DNA from: Hyalangium minutum
Lineage (GTDB): Bacteria > Myxococcota > Myxococcia > Myxococcales > Myxococcaceae
DNA: 64,000 nucleotides
NCBI RefSeq assembly: GCF_000737315.1
Contig: NZ_JMCB01000019.1
Span: 124,001 to 188,000 of the forward strand
Reading direction: 5' to 3'
Shown here one piece after another: positions 21,587 through 31,300 of this stretch; the first letter of the stretch is position 1, and each line of letters starts with the position of its first letter. The notes under the pieces were generated by a model that did not search any database, was not told the origin of the DNA, and worked only from the letters and a program-made list of their open reading frames with translations. Position numbers and translations under genes: made by a program.

Positions 21587-22639
21587 ATGCTGAAGACCCC
21601 CGCCTATGCCACCGCTGCTCCCAACAAGCCGCTGGCGCCCACCACCATCGATCGGCGCGAGCCCGGCCCGCGTGACGTGCTCATCGACATCCTCTTTAGC
21701 GGCGTGTGCCACTCCGACATCCACCAGGCCCGCGACGAGTGGGGCGGCGCCCTGTTCCCCATGGTGCCCGGGCACGAGATCATCGGCCGGGTGAAGCAGG
21801 TGGGCCCGCAGGTCAGCAAGTTCAAGACCGGGGACCTCGTGGGCGTCGGGTGCATGGTGGACTCCTGCCGCGACTGCGGCACGTGCCACAAGGACCTCGA
21901 GCAGTTCTGCGAGAGGGGCATGGCCGCCACGTACAACGGGACGGAGATGGACCGGAAGACGCCGACCTACGGCGGCTACTCGACGCAGATCACCGTGGCC
22001 GAGCACTTCGTGCTGAAGGTGCCGGAGAACCTGGACCCCGCGGGTGCGGCGCCGCTGCTGTGCGCGGGCATCACGACCTACTCTCCGCTGCGGCAGTGGA
22101 ACTGCAAGAAGGGCGACCGCGTCGGCGTGGTGGGGCTGGGCGGACTGGGCCATATGGCGGTCAAGCTCGCGGTGTCGATGGGCGCCGAGGTGACGATGCT
22201 CAGCACGTCTCCCTCCAAGGAGGCGGATGCGCGCAAGCTGGGTGCGCAGGGGTTCGCGCTCACCAAGGACGAGGCCACGTTCAAGAGGTTGGCCAACCAC
22301 TTCGATCTCATCATCAACACCATCTCGGCGCCCCACGACTACAACAAGTACATGGGGATGGTGCGTCCGCAGGGCGCGATGGTGATTGTGGGCGTCCCGC
22401 CGGAGCCTACGCCCGTGTCCGCGTTCTCGCTGATTGGGGGGAACAAGCGGCTGGCCGGCTCGATGATCGGGGGCATCCGCGAGACGCAGGAGATGCTCGA
22501 CTACTGCGGCAAGCACCAGATCGTCTCGGACGTCGAGATCATCCCCATGCAGAAGATCAACGAGGCCTATGAGCGCATGATCAAGAACGACGTGCGCTAC
22601 CGCTTCGTCATCGACATCGCGTCGCTCAAGCAGGCGTAG
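21587..22639 (+). CDS. Zn-dependent NAD(P) alcohol dehydrogenase (cinnamyl-ADH/YahK-like)
   Basis: GVCHSD, PGHEIIG, CMVDSCRDCGTC, GLGGLG. Confidence 0.93.
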   Translation: MLKTPAYATAAPNKPLAPTTIDRREPGPRDVLIDILFSGVCHSDIHQARDEWGGALFPMVPGHEIIGRVKQVGPQVSKFKTGDLVGVGCMVDSCRDCGTCHKDLEQFCERGMAATYNGTEMDRKTPTYGGYSTQITVAEHFVLKVPENLDPAGAAPLLCAGITTYSPLRQWNCKKGDRVGVVGLGGLGHMAVKLAVSMGAEVTMLSTSPSKEADARKLGAQGFALTKDEATFKRLANHFDLIINTISAPHDYNKYMGMVRPQGAMVIVGVPPEPTPVSAFSLIGGNKRLAGSMIGGIRETQEMLDYCGKHQIVSDVEIIPMQKINEAYERMIKNDVRYRFVIDIASLKQA

Positions 22640-22667
22640 GCAACACCGGCGCGGCCGCCCCCGTGGC

Positions 22668-23567
22668 TCAGCTCACCGCGGGAGGCGGCGCTGCCGCGTA
22701 CTTCTGGCGCAGCAGCTCATCCGTCGTCACCACGGCAATCCCGAGGCGCTTCAGGCGGGTGAGCACGTCCCCCAACACCCGAACCGTCTGCGGGTGGATG
22801 TCGTGGAAGAGGATCGCCCCACCCGTGGTCTGCACGCCGCCCGGCACCGCGAAGACGTTCGCCAGGATGCGCGGGTCATCGTTGCGGTAGCGCCAGTCCC
22901 ACGAGTCCGCGTTCCACAGCACCGCCATGTTCCCGCGTGCGTGGATGACCTCCTTCACCACGTTGTCCATCGAGCCATACGGTGGGCGCATCTGCACCAT
23001 CGGATGGGAGCGGCCCAGCGCGGCATCCACCGCCGCCTGTGCCGCATTGAGCTGCCGCTCGATCTCCTCCCGGCTCACCTTCACGTAGTCCGGATGGTCA
23101 TCGCTGTGGTTCCCCAGGGTGTGCCCCTCCGCGACGATGCGGCGGATCAGCTCGGGATACTCGCGCGCCTTCTTGCCGAGCACGAAGAACGTGGCCTTCG
23201 CTCCGTAGCGCTTGAGGATGTCCAGCACCTTCGGCGTGTTCACCGGGTGCGGCCCGTCATCGAACGTGAGCGCGGCCTTCCCCTGGAAGCGCTCGGGCCA
23301 GAAGATCCCCTTCACCGCAGGCGGCTGCACGGGCTTCTCCGCGCGATTCGCTGGAGGCAACTCGATCGTCATGCCCACTGGCAGCCGGTTGGGGTCCGGA
23401 AGGATGTCCTTGTTCAGCTCCGCGATCTCCGTCCAGCGCTTGGGATCTCCCAGCTTCGCCTTGGCTACCGACCCGAGCGTGTCCTTGGCGTGGATGGTGT
23501 ACGTGGCATTGCGTCCGGGAGAGGCGGGCGTCGTCGCGGCAGGCGTTCTGGAACCAGTGGCAGGCAT
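22668..23567 (-). CDS. LysM-domain polysaccharide deacetylase (NodB/CE4)
   Basis: LysM YTIHAKDTLGSVA...PNRLPVGMTIELP; TFDDGP, HSDDH, RPPYG, ILFHD. Start uncertain. Confidence 0.85.
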   Translation of the reverse strand: MPATGSRTPAATTPASPGRNATYTIHAKDTLGSVAKAKLGDPKRWTEIAELNKDILPDPNRLPVGMTIELPPANRAEKPVQPPAVKGIFWPERFQGKAALTFDDGPHPVNTPKVLDILKRYGAKATFFVLGKKAREYPELIRRIVAEGHTLGNHSDDHPDYVKVSREEIERQLNAAQAAVDAALGRSHPMVQMRPPYGSMDNVVKEVIHARGNMAVLWNADSWDWRYRNDDPRILANVFAVPGGVQTTGGAILFHDIHPQTVRVLGDVLTRLKRLGIAVVTTDELLRQKYAAAPPPAVS

Positions 23568-23656
23568 GGCGTTCCTCCCGAGCAGGGTCTCCCCATCGTA
23601 ACGCTCGGGACCGCCAGCCGCCGCCAGGCCCCAGGCACTCCCTGCTCCCCAAGGGA

Positions 23657-24259
23657 TCACGTCGACTGGCCGACACTCCCGGGCTCAGTGGGCAGGGAAT
23701 ACGCCACCGTGGGAGGCAGCATCACCTTCACCTTGTCCCCCGGGCGGATCACCCCCGGCCGCTCCACCCACCCCACCAGCCCGCGCCGGTGGTGTGCCGC
23801 CTTCACGAACCGGCTCGCCAGCCCTGCCTGCTCCGGGTGGTGGGCCTCCAGCGCCCGGCCCGCCTTCCGGCACGGCTCGTTCTCCCCCTCCACCACCAAC
23901 GCCACGTCCTCGGGAAAGAAGAGCCGCGTTCCCGGCGGCAGCTGCGTCAGCCCCGGCACTCCGGCCAGCTCCAGGTTCGCGCCCAGCCACGCCGCCAGCA
24001 CCTGGGGCAGCCCGAGCGCCTCGGCCATCAGCGCCAGTTCCTCCGTAGACACCAGGGACACCTGCCGCGTGTTGCGCACCAGCGTCCCCTTGGGGAACCA
24101 CGGCGTGCGCACGTCCGCCTTCCGCGTCAGCCCCGAGTGCCGATCTCCCACGAAGCCCTCGAAGCCCACCTTCACCTCGGGCATGTCCCGCGTGACATGG
24201 TTCTTCGGCTCGGCCCCAATGAGGACGCGCACCGTACGGGCTGTCAGCTGCATCGCCAT
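23657..24259 (-). CDS. MOSC-domain protein
   Basis: GFVGDRH, RQVSLV, GANLELAG, ENEPC, RRGLVGWV, GVIRPGD. RBS AGGAGG upstream. Confidence 0.85.
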   Translation of the reverse strand: MAMQLTARTVRVLIGAEPKNHVTRDMPEVKVGFEGFVGDRHSGLTRKADVRTPWFPKGTLVRNTRQVSLVSTEELALMAEALGLPQVLAAWLGANLELAGVPGLTQLPPGTRLFFPEDVALVVEGENEPCRKAGRALEAHHPEQAGLASRFVKAAHHRRGLVGWVERPGVIRPGDKVKVMLPPTVAYSLPTEPGSVGQST

Positions 24260-24267
24260 GGCCCTCC

Positions 24268-25245
24268 TTAGAAGAGCGCGAGTTGCTGCGGCTTGCTCCC
24301 GAGCGCCCGGGCGTCGATGCCCTGCTCCCGGAGGAGCTGCGCCAGCTCTTCCTTGAAGCCGTGGTGGGTGATGACCTCGCGAGCCCCTGTGTCCTTCACG
24401 TACTTCACCAGCGAGGGGCAGTCCGCGTGGTCCGACACCGGGAACGCCACCTGCGCCCCGTAGCGGTACGCCGCACCCGGGTCCAGCGCCCAGCCCGTCA
24501 GCACCGCCGTCGCCCGAGGCCACAGCCCCGACAGCCCGCCTCCGCGCGCCAGGTGCGGCGGGAAGAAGAGCACCTCGCCCGGCTCGACCTTGCCGTCGAA
24601 GCGCCGCAGCCGCTCGATGGTGACTCCCAGCTCCGTGTAGAGCTGTGCCATCTCGAAGATGGACGCGTGCGCCACCAGCGAGAGGCCCTTGCCCGCGAGG
24701 TACTTCATCGCCTCCTGGCTCTTGCCCAGCGGGTAGCCGAGCAGCACCGGCACCGTGCCCCGCTCCAGCTGCTGGCGCACCCACGCCTCCACCTTCGCCA
24801 GCACCTCGTCCTTCGGAGGGAACCGATAGCGCGGATGGCCGAACGTGGCCTCGATGACGAGCGTGTCGCACTCGGCCACCTGCACGGGCTCGGCCGTGAG
24901 CGAGGGCACCACGTTCAGGTCCCCCGTGTAGACGATGCGCTTGCCGTCCGAGCGGATGACCCGGATCTGCGCGCTGCCCAGGATGTGCCCCGCGGGCAGC
25001 AGCTCCAGCGTCAGGGAGCCCAGCTCGAAGATCTGGTTGAACGGCACCGCCAGCGGCGCGCCCACAGGCCCCAGCCGGTGCGTCATGAAGCGCAGCGTGG
25101 CCGCCGTGGAGATGGTGGCCTCGTGCCGAGCGATGTGGTCCGTGTGGCCGTGGCTGACGAAGGACAGCGGACTCTTGCGTGTCGCGTCCAGCGACAGCGG
25201 GGTCCCTGTCAGGTGCAGTCCGTTTCGCCTCAGCTCGACGCTCAT
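24268..25245 (-). CDS. MBL/beta-CASP nuclease (ligase-associated DNA-damage exonuclease-like)
   Basis: SHGHTDH, PAGHILGS, YTGD, EATFG, YPLGKSQ, SDHAD. Confidence 0.85.
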   Translation of the reverse strand: MSVELRRNGLHLTGTPLSLDATRKSPLSFVSHGHTDHIARHEATISTAATLRFMTHRLGPVGAPLAVPFNQIFELGSLTLELLPAGHILGSAQIRVIRSDGKRIVYTGDLNVVPSLTAEPVQVAECDTLVIEATFGHPRYRFPPKDEVLAKVEAWVRQQLERGTVPVLLGYPLGKSQEAMKYLAGKGLSLVAHASIFEMAQLYTELGVTIERLRRFDGKVEPGEVLFFPPHLARGGGLSGLWPRATAVLTGWALDPGAAYRYGAQVAFPVSDHADCPSLVKYVKDTGAREVITHHGFKEELAQLLREQGIDARALGSKPQQLALF

Positions 25246-25350
25246 GCGGAAGCTTTCCCTATAGCGCGCCCCGAGCCCCCTGTGTCCTTCATCTTCGCTT
25301 TCGCCCGCCCGTCGCCTCAGCACCCGGGCAGCCACCCTCCCCTGCCCTTC

Positions 25351-26256
25351 TCATTCCTGGGGAGCCTCCCTCGCGCGCCACCGCTCCCACAAGGCCGAGC
25401 CCAGCTCCGCCACCAGCACACCCAGGACAATGAGGGCCCCGCCGACCCACTCGCGAGCCCCGAGCTTCTCGTACCCCAGCGCCACCGAGAAGGCCCCCGC
25501 GAACAGGGGCTCCAACGAGTAGATGATCGCCGCGCGCACCGCGGACGTCCGAGCCTGCGCCCACGTCTGGACGCTGAGCGCCCCTGCACTGGCGAACACG
25601 CCGCAGAAGGCTACTGCCCCCAAGAAGGATGGGGTCCACTCCACCCGGGAACCCGCGAAGGGCAGGCACAGCGCGGACAGCAGCGCCACCACCCAGAGCT
25701 GTACGGCCACCAGCGCCTGCACGCCCTCCTTGGGCGCGTACCGCTCCGTGAAGCCGATGTGAAACGCGTATGCCACCGCGCACGCCAGCGTGAGCAGGTC
25801 TCCCCGCGAGAGCCCTGCCTGCCCCACGGCCGCGCCCGTGAGCAAGTAGAGCCCCACTGCCGACAGCACCACGCCCGCCAACGAGGACACCCGGGGCACC
25901 CGGCGGAACAGCGCCAGCATGACCACCGGCACCAGCAGCACGTACAGCCCGGTGAAGAACGCCGAGCGCGCGGGCGTGGTGTCCGTCAGCCCCACCGTCT
26001 GCAGCGCGAAGCCCCCGAACAGAAAGAGGCCTAGCACCGTGCCGCGGCGCAGGGTGGCCGGAACGAACAGCCGCCGTCCCGCCACCCCACTGAGCACAAA
26101 GGCCCCCACGCCGAACCGCAGCGTGAGGAAGACGAACGGATCACCGTAGCTCAGCGCATCCTTCACCACCACGAAGGTGGTGCCCCACAACACCGTGAGG
26201 AGTACCAGCGCGCCATCCGCCCGGAGACGGGCCTGGTGCTCCTCCGTGGCCTGCAT
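25351..26256 (-). CDS. DMT/EamA-family transporter
   Basis: Two EamA repeats: LWGTTFVVVK...RF and YSLEPLF. Confidence 0.9.
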   Translation of the reverse strand: MQATEEHQARLRADGALVLLTVLWGTTFVVVKDALSYGDPFVFLTLRFGVGAFVLSGVAGRRLFVPATLRRGTVLGLFLFGGFALQTVGLTDTTPARSAFFTGLYVLLVPVVMLALFRRVPRVSSLAGVVLSAVGLYLLTGAAVGQAGLSRGDLLTLACAVAYAFHIGFTERYAPKEGVQALVAVQLWVVALLSALCLPFAGSRVEWTPSFLGAVAFCGVFASAGALSVQTWAQARTSAVRAAIIYSLEPLFAGAFSVALGYEKLGAREWVGGALIVLGVLVAELGSALWERWRAREAPQE

Positions 26257-26438
26257 CACGGAACGAAGAAGAACGTGACGCCAAGGATGGCGCAGAAGAA
26301 GTGCGAGGCGACCGCCAGCGGGAAGAAGACCGCCAGCATGATCAAGAAGCTGCGATCTGCGTTCAGCCAGATCTTGTCGGCATCGCCTGCGGGGCCAGGC
26401 GTGGGAGCCGCAGGGGCTGCAGGAGTCGGGGAACTCAA
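26256..26438 (-). CDS. Small membrane protein, 60 aa
   Basis: Pro/Ala N-terminus followed by a hydrophobic C-terminal half. Its stop overlaps the EamA start (TGATG). Confidence 0.6.
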   Translation of the reverse strand: MSSPTPAAPAAPTPGPAGDADKIWLNADRSFLIMLAVFFPLAVASHFFCAILGVTFFFVP

Positions 26439-26514
26439 GGGAGGACCTCGAGGAGATCAGCAGGACGGACGCTTTTGGCGCACCTTCCCCCTCCGTGCAA
26501 TCCCCCTCCTGCAA

Positions 26515-27480
26515 CTAACTGACGGAGCGCTCCAGGACCACCAGGGGCTTACCTCCCCCCGAGGCTCGCCACTCCGCGTTGACCCGCCGAGTGAGCTCCG
26601 CCGAGGAATCTTGGAAGCCGGCCCGTTTGAAGGTCCGCTGCGAGGCGAAGTTGTCCTCGTCGATGTCCGCGAAGATGCGCTCAGCGCCTTGCCTCCGGGC
26701 CTCCTCCAGCAGCACCTGAAGCATCCGGTACGCCACCCCCATCCTCCGAGCCCGAGGTGCCACCACCAGCGAACGCACCCAGAGCCCCTCCAGCGCCAGT
26801 CCCTCCTCGCGGTAGTCGTCCAGGTAAGCAAAGCCGCATAGCCGTCCCTGTGCGTCGAATGCCCCCGCCGCCGCCCCCCGCGAGCCGTCCGCCCGGCCCC
26901 ATCGGCCCAAAAGTTGCTGCCTCAAGAAACCCGAAGGCACCAGCAGCCGCTCTCCCGCGAAGACGAGCAATGCGTCGAGATCCTCTTCCCGTAGCAGCCG
27001 GACCTCGAGCCGTCCCAGCAAGCGCTGCCGCAGTGGCCGTGACCAACCCGCCACGGTGAAGTCCCGGAGGCGGCGGAACCATGTCCGCGCCCGAGGCCGA
27101 GCCCACAGCCCAGCGAGCACCCGCTGTCCCAGGAAAAACGTGGGACGGATGAGCCGGGGCAGCGGGAGAAGCAAGCCTCCCCGCCGCAGCGCCGTGACAC
27201 GCCCGAGTGGCTCGCCCACGGGATCCTTGCCGCCCAGCAGCGGCGCCGTCAGGAAGGGCGAGGCCGAGATCACCACGTGCGCCAGGAGCTTGCGCCCCAC
27301 CCGGACGAGCGCGACATCGCCCCGGGCCAGCTCCGCCGGCGCACAGCGCAGCACCCGGACAGAGTCCCCGCTGCGCAGGAGCGGATACAGGCTGCGGCCA
27401 GCGCCCCGCACCCACAGCTCTTGGCCAGGGGGCGTCGCTTCGATGAGATCCAGGAGATCGGCGGGGCGCCTACGGCTCAT
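26515..27480 (-). CDS. S24/S26-like peptidase domain fused to a GNAT acetyltransferase
   Basis: N-terminal GRSLYPLLRSGD...GDVALV...LAHVV; C-terminal VRSLVVAPRARRMGVA...DNFASQRTFKRAGF. Confidence 0.75.
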   Translation of the reverse strand: MSRRRPADLLDLIEATPPGQELWVRGAGRSLYPLLRSGDSVRVLRCAPAELARGDVALVRVGRKLLAHVVISASPFLTAPLLGGKDPVGEPLGRVTALRRGGLLLPLPRLIRPTFFLGQRVLAGLWARPRARTWFRRLRDFTVAGWSRPLRQRLLGRLEVRLLREEDLDALLVFAGERLLVPSGFLRQQLLGRWGRADGSRGAAAGAFDAQGRLCGFAYLDDYREEGLALEGLWVRSLVVAPRARRMGVAYRMLQVLLEEARRQGAERIFADIDEDNFASQRTFKRAGFQDSSAELTRRVNAEWRASGGGKPLVVLERSVS

Positions 27481-28225
27481 CCAGCCACCTCTTCACGAAA
27501 GCCGCCGCGGCCTCGTCCTTGCGGAAAACGAACCGCCTCAGACGAACACCCTCGGTGATGCGGGCCAGGCGCTGGAGAATGTCTCCAGACGAAGCCTCCC
27601 CAGGGAGCGGCCGGAACACCTGTCCCATCAGCGCCGCGATGGCCTCCTGGGCGGAGACCTCCTCCATCCGTTCCTCAGGGCCCTTGGCCAGCAACAGCAC
27701 CGCGGCCAGTCGCGCACGAGCCAGCGACGAGGGCAGATCCAGCTCCGAGCAGAACGGGCTGCCCTCCACTCGCCCGCCCGGATAGAGGGCCACCACCTCG
27801 TCCGAGAGCACGTCGGCCTGAGCGGCCCGGGCGCACAGCCTCGTGAAGGTGGACTTGCCGGCCCCGCTCGGGCCCACGGCCACCACGCCGCTCCCCTGGA
27901 AGGCCACGGCCGCCGCGTGCAGCAGCAGGCCGCCCTGCCGGAGCGTCGCGAGCTGCATCCCCACGCGCAGCGCCAGCTCTGTGTCGAGTTCGGCTTGGGG
28001 CAGCTCCACGCGCACCCGCTCCCCCTCTACCCGGAAGCGGGGCCCGGAGGGATGGCGCGGATCCAGCGGTGTCCCCTGCCCCTCGGCGAGCGCCCCCCCC
28101 TGCAGCACCAGGCGAAGCGGCTCCTCGGCCGTGGCACGAAAGGGCTCCAACGTGCACCGTGCACCCGCCTGGGTCAGGAGGACTTCATCCACGCCCACGC
28201 TCCAGTCCCCGAAACGCAGCCGCAT
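27470..28225 (-). CDS. HprK-related P-loop kinase (stand-alone kinase domain)
   Basis: LLLHAAAV...GPSGAGKSTF...VLSDE, the HPr kinase-like H / Walker A / DE pattern. Confidence 0.8.
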   Translation of the reverse strand: MRLRFGDWSVGVDEVLLTQAGARCTLEPFRATAEEPLRLVLQGGALAEGQGTPLDPRHPSGPRFRVEGERVRVELPQAELDTELALRVGMQLATLRQGGLLLHAAAVAFQGSGVVAVGPSGAGKSTFTRLCARAAQADVLSDEVVALYPGGRVEGSPFCSELDLPSSLARARLAAVLLLAKGPEERMEEVSAQEAIAALMGQVFRPLPGEASSGDILQRLARITEGVRLRRFVFRKDEAAAAFVKRWLDEP

Positions 28226-28236
28226 GGGCCCCCCGC

Positions 28237-28380
28237 CTACAAGCAGTTCGGGGGGTTCTCGGGATCCACGAAGCAGCTCGGCTGGAAGAGATCAGGCACG
28301 AGAAGCCGCTCCGAGCGCACCTGAGGTGGCACGTAAGGCTTCTTCTTCTTGCCGGCCGGAGCCGCCTGCGCCGTGGTCAT
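28237..28380 (-). CDS. Putative RiPP precursor peptide, 47 aa (not in ORF track): MTTAQAAPAGKKKKPYVPPQVRSERLLVPDLFQPSCFVDPENPPNCL
   Basis: Manual translation from ATG 28380 to TAG 28237. It fills the gap between two co-oriented genes (9 and 11 nt spacers) and has a KKPYxxPxV motif. Confidence 0.8.
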   Translation of the reverse strand: MTTAQAAPAGKKKKPYVPPQVRSERLLVPDLFQPSCFVDPENPPNCL

Positions 28381-28389
28381 GGGTACTCT

Positions 28390-31300
28390 CTAATAATACA
28401 CCACGACACGGGCGGGAACCGACGTATCGTCACCGATGGCCAAGTCCAGCTTTCCGTCGCCATTGAAGTCCAAGATGGCCACGCTGATCCCGAGCGAGCT
28501 GTTGGACTCCAGCTTGGACTGGGAGAAGCCGTTCTCCTGGGCCGGATCGAACTCCGCTCCCGCGACACCGCGATTGTAGAAGATGGAGGCGGCGCCGCCC
28601 GGACGGAGGTTCTGCCCGATAGCGAGATCCACGAGGCCGTCCCCATTGAGGTCACCTCGCGCCATGGCGGAGCCGAAGCGTCCGCCTCCCGTGATGAGCA
28701 GCGGCGGAGTCGTGAAGCCAGAGGCGCTCCCGTCCCGGTAGACGAACACCTTGCTCTCGGACGCCATGGTCACCGCGAGATCCAGCGCGGAGCCACCGGC
28801 CAGATCCACCCCTCCCACGGCCTCGGTACCGAAGCCGTTGGTCGCGCTACCACCCGTAGAGGAAGGCTGGTTGAGCACCTGCACGGCGTCGGACAAGGAG
28901 ACGGCGGTCCCGGGCAAGGAGCGGACGGTGGCGCCCGAGTACACGTAGACCTTGTTCTGGGACTCGTGGGACGAGGGGATCGTGAAGTCCGGCACCCCAT
29001 CCCCTGTGATGTCTCCGAGCCGGACATAGCCGCGGTTGCGCCCGAAGAAGAGGGTGCCTGCGGGCGCGGTGAAGATTTTGTCCGCTCGGCTCGACGGGAC
29101 GACGCAGGGGGCGGAGGTGTTGCAGCTCGTGCCCAGCGCGCGCCACGCGTCCTGCGAGCGCCCGTAGAAGAGGTATGCCTTGGGGGGACTCTCACCGTGC
29201 GAGCTGAGGATCAGTTCCTGCAGCCCGTCCCCGGTGATGTCGCCGATCATCTTCACGGTGCCGCCGAGAGAGGCGTTCGCGATGCTGGAAGCGTGGCGGA
29301 ACTCAATGGGACTCGCGGTGTCCACCGTGGTGCCCCGGCGGCCGAAGAAGAGGAAGGCGCGGCCGCTGGTGCCCGAGTAAGCCCGCCCACCGACCAGCAG
29401 ATCCTGCACGACATCCGTCGCGGAGTTGCCCACGTCGCCCACGTCGAAGTCCGCGCCATCGAACTGGTTGCCCTGCGGCAGCGTGATGTCCTGGCGGTTC
29501 TCGACCTGCGGGTTGGCTGAGCCGTAATAGACGTGAGTGATGCCCGGCGTGCTGGACGAAGCGCCTACCACCAGATCATCGAAGCCGTCCGCGTTGAGGT
29601 CGCCACGCGCGATGATGTTCAGCCCGAAGCTGTTGCCACCGGCGCCCGGGTTGAGGAACTCCTTGGGCGTGGGAATGTTGTTGAGCTGCTGCGGGGCCTG
29701 GAACGGCGGGTAGTTGCCCACCTCGTCGCTCGGGCGGACGAGGATGAAGTAGTTGGCCAGCGGGGGCAGCGTCAGCGTGTAGCTGGTGGCCGTGGAGGGC
29801 AGCAGCGCGCCGGTCTCCTGCTTGACCCGGGAGCCAAAGTACTCAGTGTCATTGGAGAAGCCCGTCCGGAGTTGGGAGTTGATGGTCCACCGTAGATCGT
29901 AGCCTGCGGGCACGCCGGACACGCCGTCGTCTCCGCTGGCCGTCCATGTCACGTTCACCCGGGCCGCGCGCTCCTGCCCCGCGACCAGGACCGCCGTCAT
30001 GGTGGAGGCCTGCGGAGGGATGACATCCACCGTCGCCGCCACGGTGTGGCGCGCCACGTTGCCGGAGTCCTCCTGGACGCGGATCTCGAGAGTGCCCGTG
30101 GTGGCATGAGGCAGCGTGACCGGGAGCTCCACTCGCGGGGGGAGTCCTCCCTCCGCGGGATCGGGCTCAGGGACGATGAGCTCCGGCGAGACCGGGTTGC
30201 CCCGGTAGAAGGCCTGCACTCTGCTGCCCACGCCCTGGTCTACCCGGAGGGTGAAGATCGCGTTGGCGTCACCGCCCGGCGAGCCGTCCACCACCCGGTC
30301 CGGCGCGGGCGTCGGGTACAGGTAGCGGTTGGTGCTGGCTACGAAATAGAGCGTCGTGGGAGCCGGGGAGATGGAGGTGATGACGGGCGGGGTGATGTCC
30401 ACCGTCACATCCACCGAGTCCTCCGTGGCCAGGTTGGAGAGGTTGATGACCTGCACCCGGAACTGCGTGGCCTCCCCGTCCTGGAGCGTCACGTCGAAGG
30501 AGAAGCCGCCCGTCGTTGCATCGGCGGTGGCGGTGGCCTCGGCGGTGGCCGAGGTGGCGCCGCGGAAGAGCGACACCGTGCGTCCGCGGCATTCCTGGGT
30601 GGTGCCGCGCAGGCGGTACTGCAAGCCGGGCGTCCCCGGATCCAGATCATCCCCGGCCAGCAGCTTCACCACTGCCGCGGACGGAGTGGTGAGGGTGATG
30701 TCGCAGCCCGCCTGGCGGACGTCGACATTCGCCGCCGAGGCCGTGGCCGCGTTGCCCGCCGGATCGCTGGCCTGGGCGATGACCGTCCAGACGCCCACGC
30801 GGAAGTTGAGCGTGCCCTGCGCCACACCCGAGGACACCTGAAGATCGCCGATCACCTCTTGGGTGCTCGTGTCCGTTCCCACCTGAGAGAGGATGTGGAC
30901 CGTACTCACGTCATCTGCGGTCACGTTCACCCGGACGGGGACGCTCGTGCTGTCGTAGACCGTGTTCGCCGTGGGCGAAATCAGGTCCAGCACGGGGACA
31001 TCGAGATCGACGGTGAGGGTGCGCACCACCGGCGCGCTGACGTTGCCCGAGGAGTCCACGGCGGTGGCGGTGAGCGTGTACGTCGCCTTGCCGGTACCGG
31101 GCAGGGTGAAGTCATACGCCGCCTCCAGCGCGGAGGGCGACAGATCAACGGCCTCGCCCGTGGGGGAGAGCTCCAGGTGAATGCCGTTGCCCTCGACGTC
31201 CGCGTCCGTGTTGACCTTCACCCGGAGCTGGAAGCCCGCCGCGGAGGAGGCGTCATGAGCTACGCCGAGCGACGTCCGCGTGGGCTCGACGATGCGCACT

